DNA of 64,000 nucleotides from a virus: the UHGV virus genome UHGV-0125821. One strand, given 5' to 3'. Below the pieces are notes generated by a model. It saw nothing but the letters and a program-made list of their open reading frames with translations, searched no databases and was not told where the DNA came from. The translations under genes were made by a program, and so were the position numbers. Positions 45,903 to 55,359 of this stretch are shown here, piece after piece (the first letter of the stretch is position 1; every line of letters starts with the position of its first letter).

Positions 45903-47600
45903 GTGAATAAAAACATTCAGCCAGCTCGTGATCGCGAGCGCGAGATTATGAATCGGGCGGCAAGCGTCATGGCTATGACCGTCGATCCGACCACCGATGC
46001 AGCAGGCAACATGATTGCTGACCAGGCAGTAATGATGGAAAACCTGGATAAAGCAATCCAGAAAGTGCCTATGTTTGAAGGCGTAAATCCAGAGGTCGCT
46101 CGTCAGATCACTGGTGGGTGGGCTATGTCTCTGCATGAGTATAAACGTCAACATGGTCATTACCCGGCAAGTGACATCCTGGCGAACGCACACATGGCTC
46201 TTGAGCGCCTGATGACTGAATGTGCCAGTGATACCCATGAAGGCACGGGTAAGGCAATGTTTGAGTCTGTCGCGCAATCAATGCGTAGCTCTGACGGCGT
46301 AATGAAAGTTGCTCAATATGCTGCTCTAATTCTGCCTGCCTCTCTGGGCGCTGCTACCAGTGATGCCTGTACTTTTGTTCCTTGTGATCGTGACGAGTCA
46401 AATATTTATGAACTGGTCAACGTAGCAGGCACAAAATTCGGCACCTTCAACCAAGGTGACGAACTGAATATGCAGTCAGCTGGTGTTTATTCTCAAATGA
46501 AGCGCCTGTATGCCCTTTCCACTAAAGGGGATGGCAGCACCAAAACCTTCCAGTTCAACATCCAAAAATTTGAGGGACAATCCTGCCCGCTTCGCGCTGG
46601 TTATAACAAACTGCTGATCAACCGCAAACCGTCCAAAGTTGACGACGGCGATGGCAACCTTTATTTCAATGCTAAAGACAGCAAAGGTAATACTTTCTCA
46701 GCGACTGCCAAAGTTGCCTATGACACTGGTGTCATTGACATTACATTTACCCAGGCTCCGCCAGAAGGTACTGAAATTGCTGTTCAGGTCGAAATTAACA
46801 TCGAGCGCAATCCAAGCCTGATTCCGGTGATCAACCAGGCTATGCGTAAGTACGAAGTTCGTCCGTCCCAGTACGTACTTGCTTCCGAACACACGGTAAT
46901 GTCCGCATCCGATTTAAGCCGTGAGCACGGCCTTGAATTAGCGGCACTTCAGTTCTCCGCGATGCGTAACTGGATCTCCCATGAAACCGACATCATGCGT
47001 CTGCGCACCCTGGTATTCCATACCGTTTATGGTCGTGAATTTGATGTGGCTCTGCCGGAAGCTCAAAACTATGAGTCCTGGGTCGGCCTCCTGCGTCACG
47101 TAGTAAACGCTCTGTCTCAAGAAATGGCAAATCGTACCCTGACAACGGGTATTCGTGGCGGCTTTGCTGGTAGTGACGCCGCGAACTTCCTGCGCTCTCT
47201 GCCTCCACAGCACTTCCAGATCGCACCAGGTTACGTTCAGTCGCCGTATGTACAGTACATCGGCACCCTGTTTGGCACGATTCGTATTTACGAAGTGCCG
47301 CAACCTGTCTGTGAGCAATTCCAGGCACAGGGATATGACTTCGGGCTGGATGACATCTTCTTCTATGGGCGTGGCGAAGGCATTGGTAAAGCCGGTCTGA
47401 TTGCTGGTGATGCAGTCCCAGCAATCCCTTACGTTCACGAAACCAATCCGTCTCTCGTTAACCGTACCACTCTCTGGGGCAGTGCCATCAACGAAGTACA
47501 TCCTCGCAACGGTGAAAACTACTTCACCCGCCTGCGTCTGACTCGTGCCAAAGAAGGTGCTTTCGACATGCTGACAGGCAAGGTTAACGAAAAAAAGTGA
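45903..47600 (+). CDS. major capsid protein candidate
   Basis: 565 aa, GTG start; assignment by size, late-block context and Ig-like fragments downstream. Confidence 0.55.
   Translation: MNKNIQPARDREREIMNRAASVMAMTVDPTTDAAGNMIADQAVMMENLDKAIQKVPMFEGVNPEVARQITGGWAMSLHEYKRQHGHYPASDILANAHMALERLMTECASDTHEGTGKAMFESVAQSMRSSDGVMKVAQYAALILPASLGAATSDACTFVPCDRDESNIYELVNVAGTKFGTFNQGDELNMQSAGVYSQMKRLYALSTKGDGSTKTFQFNIQKFEGQSCPLRAGYNKLLINRKPSKVDDGDGNLYFNAKDSKGNTFSATAKVAYDTGVIDITFTQAPPEGTEIAVQVEINIERNPSLIPVINQAMRKYEVRPSQYVLASEHTVMSASDLSREHGLELAALQFSAMRNWISHETDIMRLRTLVFHTVYGREFDVALPEAQNYESWVGLLRHVVNALSQEMANRTLTTGIRGGFAGSDAANFLRSLPPQHFQIAPGYVQSPYVQYIGTLFGTIRIYEVPQPVCEQFQAQGYDFGLDDIFFYGRGEGIGKAGLIAGDAVPAIPYVHETNPSLVNRTTLWGSAINEVHPRNGENYFTRLRLTRAKEGAFDMLTGKVNEKK
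47591..47597 (+). other. A_AAA_AAG slippery heptamer at last codons of capsid-candidate gene
   Basis: codons GAA AAA AAG TGA; -1 frame continues 35 codons. Confidence 0.35.
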
Positions 47601-47746
47601 TGGTGGCGAACGTGTCGGTATCACCAACGTCACTTGACGTAGATGAAGGTGAAACTATCGCCGCGAACACTTCAAAGGCACAGAAAAAAACAAAGCAGAA
47701 GTAAGGCAAAAACACGCCCCTGATTAAGGGGCGTTCAGGAGAAAAA

Positions 47747-48025
47747 ATGGCAAACATTCAAGTAACTATCACGCCATCTGACGCAACAGACAAATCTTTC
47801 ACTGTTGAGTCAGATCACCCTGAAATTGTCCGGGTTGATGGCACTACATGTACCGCTCTTAAGGCCGGGCAGGCAGTGCTGACAATCAAAACAAATGACG
47901 GCAATAAAACCGCACAGTGCACAGTCACTGTTAGGGAGGCACATAAAAGCGTAAGCACCGTCAGTGTTGAACCAACTACGAAAGAAGTAACCGTAGGCGA
48001 TAACTTCACGGTAAGCGAATCCTGA
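47747..48025 (+). CDS. Ig-like (Big_2-type) domain protein
   Basis: TITPSDATDKSFTVESDHPEIVRVDGTTCTALKAGQAVLTIKTNDGNKTAQCTVTV; SD AGGAG. Confidence 0.6.
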   Translation: MANIQVTITPSDATDKSFTVESDHPEIVRVDGTTCTALKAGQAVLTIKTNDGNKTAQCTVTVREAHKSVSTVSVEPTTKEVTVGDNFTVSES

Positions 48026-48092
48026 TCAGAGGCTGCCCATTAACCGTGGGTAGCCTTGCCTCGTTCTCTCGCTTTAGAGGATAAGAACCAGC

Positions 48093-49751
48093 ATGAATAA
48101 GATTAGTTTTTCGGTAGGGCAGGCAGCTGGCGTTGCTGTAATGTCAGTAAATGCTGACGCTACCCTCACCAATACCAGCGGTGGCGCATCCGTCTTTGCT
48201 GGGCTTGTAATATCGCGTCGTGGCGCACCGGGTAAGGTACTGAAAGTTGACGATACGACTTATCAAAGCGTATTAGGTTCACCGATTCACCCTCGCCAGG
48301 GCGCGGCATTTGAACCATATCGCCACGTGGAGCGTGCAGTAAAAGGCGGCTCTGGATATGTCGTTCGAGTTTGCGCTAAAGACATGAAGGTGCCGGGTAT
48401 TTCTGTTTCCGTTGTGGGCAGAGCAAAAGCGGCAAAGGCGAGTAAAGAACTTTCCGTTGAACCAACTGAAACCACAGTAAATCCAGGTGTCACATTAAGC
48501 GTTGGTGTTGCTTCAACTGCAACGACTCAATCAGTGACCTTCACACCCAAAGAGACGCCCCAGATTAAAGGTGAAGAGAAGGCATTATTCTTCATCAAAG
48601 ATGGTGATGCATCTCAAAATCGCACGTTATCACTAACTCGCGATGATGAAGAAAGCGAACTCTTTACGCTGACGCTGAAAGAAAAACAAACCGATGGGTC
48701 CATTGAGGTGCTGGAAAGCCACCAAGTGTCTTTCAATCCAGAAGGCACCAACGACATGGGCCAACCAGCATGGATTCCGACACTGCTTGAAAGCCAGTCC
48801 ACTCGCATTGGTGCCGTACTGGCAGATAATGCAGAAGCATCCGCTGCTCAACTCATTTTTGAGGATGTAGCTTTTGAAGGTGGTACTGATGGAAATCTAT
48901 CCGAAATTAACGCTGCAGACTATCTGGAAGCATTAAAGGTTCTCGAAGCTTCAGAGGTTAATTACACCGCATTGCTGTCATTGGGTTGTTATGACGCATC
49001 CGCCTTAGCCGCAATCAAAAAGCTGGCTGAAGATGTTCGCGTAGACATGTTCTATGACCTGAAGGGCAACCAGACACCTGAAAACGCTATTTCAGAAGCG
49101 AAAAGCCATAGTTTTGGCGGCTCACATCAACCAAGCCGTTACTACTTCCCGCTCTCCTGCCGAGATACTTTCACTGGAATGAATGTCGTCTATGGCATTA
49201 GCTGCGACGCATTCGTAGCGAAGGCAAAAGGAGTGGCGCTGGTACCGGATGTTGGTGGTTGGCATTACGCACCGGCAGGTATATCACGCGCGATTATTGA
49301 TCGACAGAACATTGCCCGAATTCCAAATATCGGTGCAGTTGATCGTGAAGCGTTCGTTCTTGCGCGCATTAATCCAGTTTCAGTTGCTGCTGACGGGTCC
49401 GTTTACATTGACGACTCTTTAACAACTTACAGCAAAAACAACTATCTGCGATTCCAGCATGTGTCTTCCTTGATGAACGCCATCGCCAGAGATTTCTATG
49501 AAGTAGCTCAGGCGATTAAGCACGAACCGGATGGCATTACCAAAGAAACGCTAATGAAAGCAATGACTGAATTGCTTGACCGTTACGTTGCAGCCGGTGC
49601 GCTGGTTACTCCACGAGACAAGTCCCAGGGTGAAGATCCATATGTTGTTCAGGTTGTCCAAAAGGACATCGATCTGTGGGAAGTGTCCTGGTCTGTTTGT
49701 CCGACCGGCACAGCTCGCCGAATCGTCGGTAAGCCAATTCTGATGCGCTGA
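48093..49751 (+). CDS. tail sheath protein candidate
   Basis: 552 aa upstream of tube-like genes. Confidence 0.6.
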   Translation: MNKISFSVGQAAGVAVMSVNADATLTNTSGGASVFAGLVISRRGAPGKVLKVDDTTYQSVLGSPIHPRQGAAFEPYRHVERAVKGGSGYVVRVCAKDMKVPGISVSVVGRAKAAKASKELSVEPTETTVNPGVTLSVGVASTATTQSVTFTPKETPQIKGEEKALFFIKDGDASQNRTLSLTRDDEESELFTLTLKEKQTDGSIEVLESHQVSFNPEGTNDMGQPAWIPTLLESQSTRIGAVLADNAEASAAQLIFEDVAFEGGTDGNLSEINAADYLEALKVLEASEVNYTALLSLGCYDASALAAIKKLAEDVRVDMFYDLKGNQTPENAISEAKSHSFGGSHQPSRYYFPLSCRDTFTGMNVVYGISCDAFVAKAKGVALVPDVGGWHYAPAGISRAIIDRQNIARIPNIGAVDREAFVLARINPVSVAADGSVYIDDSLTTYSKNNYLRFQHVSSLMNAIARDFYEVAQAIKHEPDGITKETLMKAMTELLDRYVAAGALVTPRDKSQGEDPYVVQVVQKDIDLWEVSWSVCPTGTARRIVGKPILMR

Positions 49752-49794
49752 TTTATAACCCCCGCTAAATGATGCGGGGGAGAGAGGTTTGAAT

Positions 49795-50529
49795 ATGAAA
49801 AATTATACTGCTGATCCTTTTATGCGTGCGATTTTCGGTTCTGGCTGCTTTGAAAGCGGTGATAAATCCACGCAGGACAATAATGATAACGCCATGCTGG
49901 AAAGCGCAGGACAGAAAGGAAAGGACACTCAACCAAAGCCCAAAGGCGACATTGAAACCGCGATGATGGAAGCGGTTGAATCCCGTGCACAAGGTGATAT
50001 GCGCAGCCTGGCAGCTTCCATGCTTGCTGGTTGGGTTGAAGATGGTGATCCGGAGGCTGACTCATTTGATGCATTAGCAATCACTATGGCTGGCCTGGCT
50101 GATATCGATGAAGACACCGATTTCACCGATGAGCAAATCGATGCTTATAACGATGCTCTCGCAGCTCTTGCTGATGCAGCTGTTGCGCTTGGCGCTGATC
50201 AGGACGATGTAACCGAAATGATCGACGATGAAGATGACTCAGCTGCCGAACGTGTTTATGACGCTCTTTCCGAAAGCGACACCGACATGATGGAAACAGC
50301 TATTGCCATTTACACCGTTGCTGGTGGTGATAGCGCAATGCTGGAAGCGGTACGTAAAAAAGTGGTTCGTGATGGCAAGGTTACCATCATCCGTAAACGC
50401 CCGCGTCCTCGCCGCATGACGTCATTGCAAAAACAGGCGCTGAAAAAAGCACGCCGCAAAGCACATACATCCGTAGCGAATATCAACCGCAAAAAATCAA
50501 TGCGCATTCGCAAAAAACGCGGTTTGTAA
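49795..50529 (+). CDS. highly acidic protein with strongly basic C-terminal tail
   Basis: Asp/Glu-rich body, C-terminus RKRPRPRRMTSLQKQALKKARRK...; start set at ATG with SD GAGAGG. Confidence 0.6.
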   Translation: MKNYTADPFMRAIFGSGCFESGDKSTQDNNDNAMLESAGQKGKDTQPKPKGDIETAMMEAVESRAQGDMRSLAASMLAGWVEDGDPEADSFDALAITMAGLADIDEDTDFTDEQIDAYNDALAALADAAVALGADQDDVTEMIDDEDDSAAERVYDALSESDTDMMETAIAIYTVAGGDSAMLEAVRKKVVRDGKVTIIRKRPRPRRMTSLQKQALKKARRKAHTSVANINRKKSMRIRKKRGL

Positions 50530-50578
50530 GTGACATAGGTCGCCTGCAAAGGTGGCCTCTACCTGGGAGAAATAGCGT

Positions 50579-51169
50579 TTGATTTGCGGCGCGATAATGC
50601 CTGACGGAATAAGTCCGTTAATGAAGGTTTATATCCTCTCTTCAGAGGATATGGTCGTCGGTTATATCGGTGAAGGATCTACCGCAGAACTGTCATCAAT
50701 GTGGCAATCACCATTTGAAAACCAGTCAGTAGGAGGTTTGCTTGGCGGTATTAGCGCTGCGGCTGGCTCTCTTGCAGATACGCTTCAGACCGCAACCGGC
50801 GTAACAACAAAAACCCTCTTCAACTCAATGCTTGTTTGGGAAGGTCAGCAACCGCCTGAATTTAATCTGGTAATTGATTTCATGGCGACAACGAACGCGC
50901 AACTTGAAGTGAACGCAGCCATTACAGCATTGCTGAAGATGGAATCGCCGGAACTGAACAATGTAGCGCCATTCGGTCGTCGCCCGGAGACAGTAACGTT
51001 AAACATAGGTAGGAACATAGCCCTTACCGACGTTGTTATCAAAAGCGTGAGTTACCAACTGGACGCCCCGCGCACACCGGAAGGCTATTTCACTCATAAC
51101 ACGGTAACCCTGCAATGCAGCGGTAACACATCGATCAACCGTAGCAATATCTCATCTGTTTTTGTGTAG
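50579..51169 (+). CDS. hypothetical tail-associated protein
   Basis: 196-aa ORF between sheath and tube candidates; start uncertain. Confidence 0.55.
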   Translation: MICGAIMPDGISPLMKVYILSSEDMVVGYIGEGSTAELSSMWQSPFENQSVGGLLGGISAAAGSLADTLQTATGVTTKTLFNSMLVWEGQQPPEFNLVIDFMATTNAQLEVNAAITALLKMESPELNNVAPFGRRPETVTLNIGRNIALTDVVIKSVSYQLDAPRTPEGYFTHNTVTLQCSGNTSINRSNISSVFV

Positions 51170-51177
51170 GAGTATTT

Positions 51178-51669
51178 ATGTCCGGTTTTGCAAATACAAA
51201 AGCCGATATGGCCTTTCTAAAATCCCGGTTTAATAAAAACCTGGCTGCAGGCGAAAAACTTATTGGTTCTGAATATTGGATGACCATTAAGGGTTACGAA
51301 CATCTGTCTGTACTAGTTCGTACAGCTCAGTTACCAGAAATGACACGTGAAGATGTGGAGGATTACGCCCCTGGTGGCATGAAATTCAACCAGCACGGAC
51401 CATTACGCAACTCTGGTGAATTTCAGGTCACATGCGCGGAAACTATCGAAGGCGCAGTTCTCGCCGCTGTAAAACAGATGGTATACGGAAAAGAATATCT
51501 GGAAATTACCTTACAGGCGGCGGCTGAATCGAATAGCGGTAACCATAAAGGTCTGACCCGCACATATTCTCATTGCAAAGTGTATTCCGACGCCGTGGAC
51601 TTCTCATCCGAAGACGTAACGGCGGTCGTTAAACCTTCCCTGCGCATTGTTTACAACTGGGCGGAATAA
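51178..51669 (+). CDS. tail tube protein candidate
   Basis: 163 aa, size and position typical of contractile-tail tube. Confidence 0.55.
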   Translation: MSGFANTKADMAFLKSRFNKNLAAGEKLIGSEYWMTIKGYEHLSVLVRTAQLPEMTREDVEDYAPGGMKFNQHGPLRNSGEFQVTCAETIEGAVLAAVKQMVYGKEYLEITLQAAAESNSGNHKGLTRTYSHCKVYSDAVDFSSEDVTAVVKPSLRIVYNWAE

Positions 51670-51723
51670 TCCCTATCCCGCCCTTGTGGCGGGAACATCC
51701 TTGTTATTGAGTTGTAGGCAACA

Positions 51724-52275
51724 ATGACACCAATTGAATTATTAGAAAGCGTTAAAGAGCGATTTAATCCGCTGCTTGTGCGTGAAGAAGAAACGTTGAA
51801 AGCATTCCTGATCAAAGCTCTGACCACGTATCAGGACAGGGCAGGGGTAGTGAAAACGTTAAAACTTGAAAAAGCTGGTGGTACTGCAATCCCGTTGCCA
51901 GAAGATTATCTCTCTCTGGTTCATGTTACCGACAACAACGGCTTGTTGGTCTATTCGGATGAATTATCCGGATTTATTGAATTAGAGCTAACAGGTTCAG
52001 AACGCTGGCCTTTTCGAATGCTGTATCTGGTTAATCTACGCGACAGAGAGCTGGATGAATGGCAAGTGCCTCCTGCAATCATTGGAATGCTGGAGGAATA
52101 TCTGGAGGCGCTTATCAATGTAAGAAATGTCGCCCGGCAGCGTAGAGCGTCCATCGACGGGAAATTTGACTACTCCGATCTGCCCGATGAAGCCACGCTA
52201 TATGCCCGCGTGCAGGAGATTGAGGAAAAAATGTCCTCAAACCGGGCCATTATTCCGGGGGCTACCATTTTTTAA
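51724..52275 (+). CDS. hypothetical tail assembly protein
   Basis: 183-aa ORF. Confidence 0.55.
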   Translation: MTPIELLESVKERFNPLLVREEETLKAFLIKALTTYQDRAGVVKTLKLEKAGGTAIPLPEDYLSLVHVTDNNGLLVYSDELSGFIELELTGSERWPFRMLYLVNLRDRELDEWQVPPAIIGMLEEYLEALINVRNVARQRRASIDGKFDYSDLPDEATLYARVQEIEEKMSSNRAIIPGATIF

Positions 52276-52290
52276 CGCTGGAGGCGCAGA

Positions 52291-52998
52291 GTGAGTATTT
52301 TCAGCAGCGTTGGTAGAACGTTGACCACCGCATTGTCATTTAACACGAAATCATTCACCAGCAACCTCATTAGCGACATTCTTGATAAAGCCATATCAGG
52401 CGGCGGGGTAAGCGGGAATTACAGTAGCGATATTGCCTACGGGAAAAATATTGTTGCTGCCGCTATGCGTATCCGTTACGCCCAGGGGTGGCAGTGGACC
52501 GTTGAAGTGGATGGCCTGAACGGCTTCGATATGTTCGTGAAGGATATCACCTACAGCAGTGGAAACATTGAGACAGAAAGCAAGGTGATCGGCAGCGTAG
52601 AATTCAGCAAGCCAACCTATGTTAGCGCCGGACCGGTCACTATGACCGTGAGGGATACCGAAGATGGCAAGATCATGGACTGGTTCAAAGAGCGTCGTTC
52701 TCGTGTAACAAATCCTGATGGAACAATAAACCTTCCTCCTGAATATCTGATGAAAATCCGTGTCTACCGGGTGACTCAGGACGGCGGAAAAGAACTGGAA
52801 GAAGAAATGCGCGTATTTCCTACGCAACTTGGGGAAATCACACGCTCACGTGATCAGGTGTCAGAGTTCTTGTCATACCCAATCACTTTCCAGAAATACA
52901 CATCCGCAGGCTCAGGTGTTTCTGCTTTGGTCAACGGTGCCGCTGGCATGGCTACAAGTGCGTTAAAGGGGGCTGTGAGTGGAGTGATCAAATTCTGA
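52291..52998 (+). CDS. hypothetical tail-associated protein
   Basis: GTG start with SD GGAGG. Confidence 0.55.
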   Translation: MSIFSSVGRTLTTALSFNTKSFTSNLISDILDKAISGGGVSGNYSSDIAYGKNIVAAAMRIRYAQGWQWTVEVDGLNGFDMFVKDITYSSGNIETESKVIGSVEFSKPTYVSAGPVTMTVRDTEDGKIMDWFKERRSRVTNPDGTINLPPEYLMKIRVYRVTQDGGKELEEEMRVFPTQLGEITRSRDQVSEFLSYPITFQKYTSAGSGVSALVNGAAGMATSALKGAVSGVIKF

Positions 52999-53087
52999 AT
53001 AGCTTTAATTATGTGTGCTGGAGGGTTGCTCATTTCCCGTCAGCACCCACGCCCTCAACGATAGCGGGTAGGGAAGGTAGCGCAATT

Positions 53088-53384
53088 TTGAGGGCATTTT
53101 TTACATCATCAATTCATCTGTAATGAAGGCATTCTTTACACATTTCAATAATATCAATCAGTTAACACAGTGAATGATAATAAAAAAGCGCAATAAGAAT
53201 GCACGATACGCACGATATTGGTTGAGGGCGATTTTTACATAGTCCTTACATATCAATACGTTATATAAAAACACAACTTGCTAATAACAAGATACATGCA
53301 ATTAAGATGTAAAAATTGCCCTCAATTGCCGATCGTTAAGGGCAAATTCTACACCTTGAGAGGGGTGTAAAAATTGCCCTTAAG
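53088..53384. repeat. iteron array downstream of repA (incA-like), five copies in both orientations
   Basis: TTGAGGGCATTTTTTACATC, TTGAGGGCGATTTTTACAT and relatives in AT-rich DNA; last copy overlaps repA stop. Confidence 0.6.
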
Positions 53385-54135
53385 ACTGCTGATAGGTAAA
53401 TTTTATCCTGGTAACTTTGCCGCCTTCCGTCACCTCTGAGAAGACTATTTTCATTTTTGTATTTTTTTCAATCTCTGCTACAGCCTTCGTTAAAAAACTT
53501 CTCTTAAATTCGGCATACCGCTGATAGCTTTTTGGTAACCCATAACGCTCCCGCATCCATTCGACGCCAAGTATGGCAAAGCCGCTTCCATCATCCTTCC
53601 TGTACTGGCATAAGGACTCATAAAGCCGCATAGAATAAGGATTTGTAAGGCGAGATACTTCGGTAAAATTCAGCCTTGTGAATCTCTTATCAAGCAGAGT
53701 AAAAAACGGCATGAGATATGGATTAAGATGAATAATGTAAGTCCCGCGACGTGGTGAATAGGCATCCTTAATCATCCAGGGATAAGACTCATAACTGTCT
53801 TCTGATTCGGTCGATTCATCAGGGTTATATATCGTAACTTTCTTCTCGCTAAGACCTGAAATGGCCTTACGAATATCCTTGCTGGCTTCAGCAGAGGGCA
53901 AATTATACATCTCTGCATATTCGTTGACCGTCAACTCACAGGCACCTGAACCAAGAACGCCATCCTTAGAAGCATAGCGAAGTCTTCCCACCACAATAAA
54001 CAACAGTCGCTTTTGGTCGCGAGTCAGGTGATAAGCAGCCTCCGTGATCTCATTGGCTTGTGCCAAACTACGACTAATAGGTGTCGCTGACTCAATCAGG
54101 CTGACGGCTTTTGCTGTTAATTCCGCTCTGTTCAT
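53380..54135 (-). CDS. repA: iteron-binding replication initiator RepA (Rep_3-like)
   Basis: TNPYSMRLYESLCQYR signature-like block; flanked by iterons; start set at internal ATG. Confidence 0.75.
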   Translation of the reverse strand: MNRAELTAKAVSLIESATPISRSLAQANEITEAAYHLTRDQKRLLFIVVGRLRYASKDGVLGSGACELTVNEYAEMYNLPSAEASKDIRKAISGLSEKKVTIYNPDESTESEDSYESYPWMIKDAYSPRRGTYIIHLNPYLMPFFTLLDKRFTRLNFTEVSRLTNPYSMRLYESLCQYRKDDGSGFAILGVEWMRERYGLPKSYQRYAEFKRSFLTKAVAEIEKNTKMKIVFSEVTEGGKVTRIKFTYQQS

Positions 54136-54159
54136 AACCCTGTGTGATCCTTCAAATGG

Positions 54160-54277
54160 TGAGGGCAATTTTTACATCACTTTGAGGGCAATTACTACAC
54201 CTTTTGAGGGCAAATCTTACACCTTCTGAGGGCAAATCTTACACCGACCGTATTTAATTGAGGGCAAATCTTACACC
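54160..54277. repeat. iteron array upstream of repA (incC/oriR-like), five direct copies
   Basis: TTGAGGGCAAATCTTACACC at 22-bp spacing; sixth inverted copy near 54400. Confidence 0.7.
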
Positions 54278-54372
54278 AGCCTCCTCTACAGCCCGCGCCA
54301 CTACTGGCTCCAGCGACGCCTAAAAAGGATCTAAAAAGGATTAAAAATGGAAAAAGGTTTATAAAAATACTC

Positions 54373-54381
54373 TGTGGATAT
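54373..54381. promoter_or_regulatory. DnaA-box-like 9-mer
   Basis: TGTGGATAT, 8 of 9 to TGTGGATAA, beside AAAAAGGAT repeats. Confidence 0.4.
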
Positions 54382-54523
54382 GTGAGTAGCGTCACTTAAG
54401 GTGTAAAAATCACCCTCAATAATCGCTTCTCGACCGGCAAAGATCTTCATTCAATCCCCATCGCAAATCACACACTCCCTATCCTCTGGAAAATGAACAG
54501 ATACCTGCTTTTCGGAGGAATAA

Positions 54524-55345
54524 TTGAACATTCCAAAATTCCCATTGCCTTCCCGTCCTGAGACAGAAATTCAGTTCCACGCCCCTACCGTGAAGGATGC
54601 GCTGAAATATTCTGACCTGAACCCGGCAGAAGATGAGGCAACTACTACAGAGTACCTTAACTCTATGCAGGATGGTGAAATTAACGACAGTGCTAACTGG
54701 ACAGTTCAGGATCGCAGAACTGCTCTTTGGTGGATATTTGTTAATTCGCGCCCCGATGCAGTAATGACCTACTCCTATGAGTGCAGTCACTGCGGTAATA
54801 CGCATCATGCAGATATTAACCTGAGCGACCTGGCCCAAACAGTAGAAATACTCACTGTACCTCCTTACGTGAAAACCAACGTACCAGTAAATGGAGTACC
54901 AACTGACTGGATACTTAAACCATTAACCGGGAAAGGCGCGGAACTCCTTGAACGAATGCGAGCGTCACTTCCTGATATGAAAAGCCCCGAATACAGTGCT
55001 GGCGTGGCACGGATGCGAATTGCTGAACTCGCTTTATGCACGGCGCTTGAAGACGATCCGGAGGACTTCACGCAGGCCGCTAACCGACGCTTTGACATCA
55101 TTGAAAGCATGGCGCTTGAAACCGAATTTACCCCGCTTGTGGCTCGCATACAGCTTATGCAAAAAGACCTACGCCACGGCCTGAAAATGTCTATTGAGAG
55201 AGGCTCAAGCCGACTGATCCTGCCTCCGCAACATTGCAAAAACGCTAAGGAGGGTGCAGATGTGACAACCACACTGTACGTCCCCTTTCTCAATAGAGAG
55301 TTTATCCCATCAATTAGATCTGAATGGATGGCTAACCATTATTAA
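54524..55345 (+). CDS. hypothetical protein upstream of tape measure
   Basis: 273-aa ORF, TTG start in track. Confidence 0.55.
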   Translation: MNIPKFPLPSRPETEIQFHAPTVKDALKYSDLNPAEDEATTTEYLNSMQDGEINDSANWTVQDRRTALWWIFVNSRPDAVMTYSYECSHCGNTHHADINLSDLAQTVEILTVPPYVKTNVPVNGVPTDWILKPLTGKGAELLERMRASLPDMKSPEYSAGVARMRIAELALCTALEDDPEDFTQAANRRFDIIESMALETEFTPLVARIQLMQKDLRHGLKMSIERGSSRLILPPQHCKNAKEGADVTTTLYVPFLNREFIPSIRSEWMANHY

Positions 55346-55359
55346 CAACCTGACTCTGT

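Noticed and set aside
53088-54420. 20-bp direct repeats at ~22-bp spacing as a possible CRISPR array
   Set aside because: Spacing leaves no spacers; copies flank and overlap a RepA-like gene and occur in both orientations, which is iteron architecture
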